From a bacterium (GTDB taxonomy: Bacteria > Fidelibacterota > Marinisomatia > Marinisomatales > UBA1611), in contig JAYPIC010000003.1 in assembly GCA_038127595.1 (NCBI GenBank), forward strand, positions 1-26,963: a stretch of DNA of 26,963 nt, given 5' to 3'. Positions within the stretch are counted from its first letter, which is position 1, and each line of letters opens with the position of its first letter. Position numbers and translations under genes: made by a program. Shown here in pieces: positions 26,842 to 26,963 of the stretch. Below the pieces are notes generated by a model. It was not told where the DNA came from and made no database searches. It saw nothing but the letters and a program-made list of their open reading frames with translations.

Positions 26842-26963
26842 ATGAACAAATTGATATCAAAAATATTCAGCTTCATTTTTATTGTAAACTTCCTATCTGC
26901 ATCTCAAATCACTTTTCATGTAGACATGAATGGACAAACTGTTTCTGCAAATGGTGTCCATGT
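26842..26963 (+). CDS. 5' end of an exported protein, probably starting with a CBM20/CBM48-like module (partial)
   Basis: Strong SD. Translates as MNKLISKIFSFIFIVNFLSA|SQITFHVDMNGQTVSANGVH(V): a signal peptide plus a TFxVDM...GVHV pattern typical of starch-binding Ig-like modules in FCB proteins. Confidence 0.75.
   Translation, partial: MNKLISKIFSFIFIVNFLSASQITFHVDMNGQTVSANGVH

Noticed and set aside
1..26963. CRISPR arrays, tRNA/rRNA genes, IS elements, prophage or defence genes
   Set aside because: None seen. The intergenic spaces are too short and there are no nucleotide-level repeat arrays or transposase/integrase motifs.

Overview
AT-rich (roughly 30% GC by eye), densely coded bacterial DNA with FCB-group traits: type IX (Por)-like C-terminal domains, a PorV-like barrel and a CarboxypepD-type TonB receptor. 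Shine-Dalgarno sites are present, so I infer a Marinimicrobia/KSB1/Ignavibacteria-like host. Most of the window (3079-26963) is a divergent alpha-glucan (starch/glycogen/pullulan/maltodextrin) utilisation locus. The minus-strand operon runs TrmB regulator, malQ (GH77), glgP/malP (GT35), Na+/solute symporter, three exported GH13 enzymes, then a secreted CotH-family kinase. The plus-strand operon runs TonB-dependent receptor, a 1311-aa acidic protein with a secretion CTD, then a PorV/PorQ-family barrel, followed by the start of another exported protein. No SusD or ABC transporter is present in the window. A 22-bp palindrome (AGTAACTCT-N4-AGAGTTACT) lies in both promoter regions of the locus and is the likely TrmB operator. 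One GH13 gene has an in-frame TGA at a conserved Gly inside its C-terminal sorting domain. The left flank holds a partial lipoprotein gene, a GIDE-domain protein, an MFS transporter and mutM.
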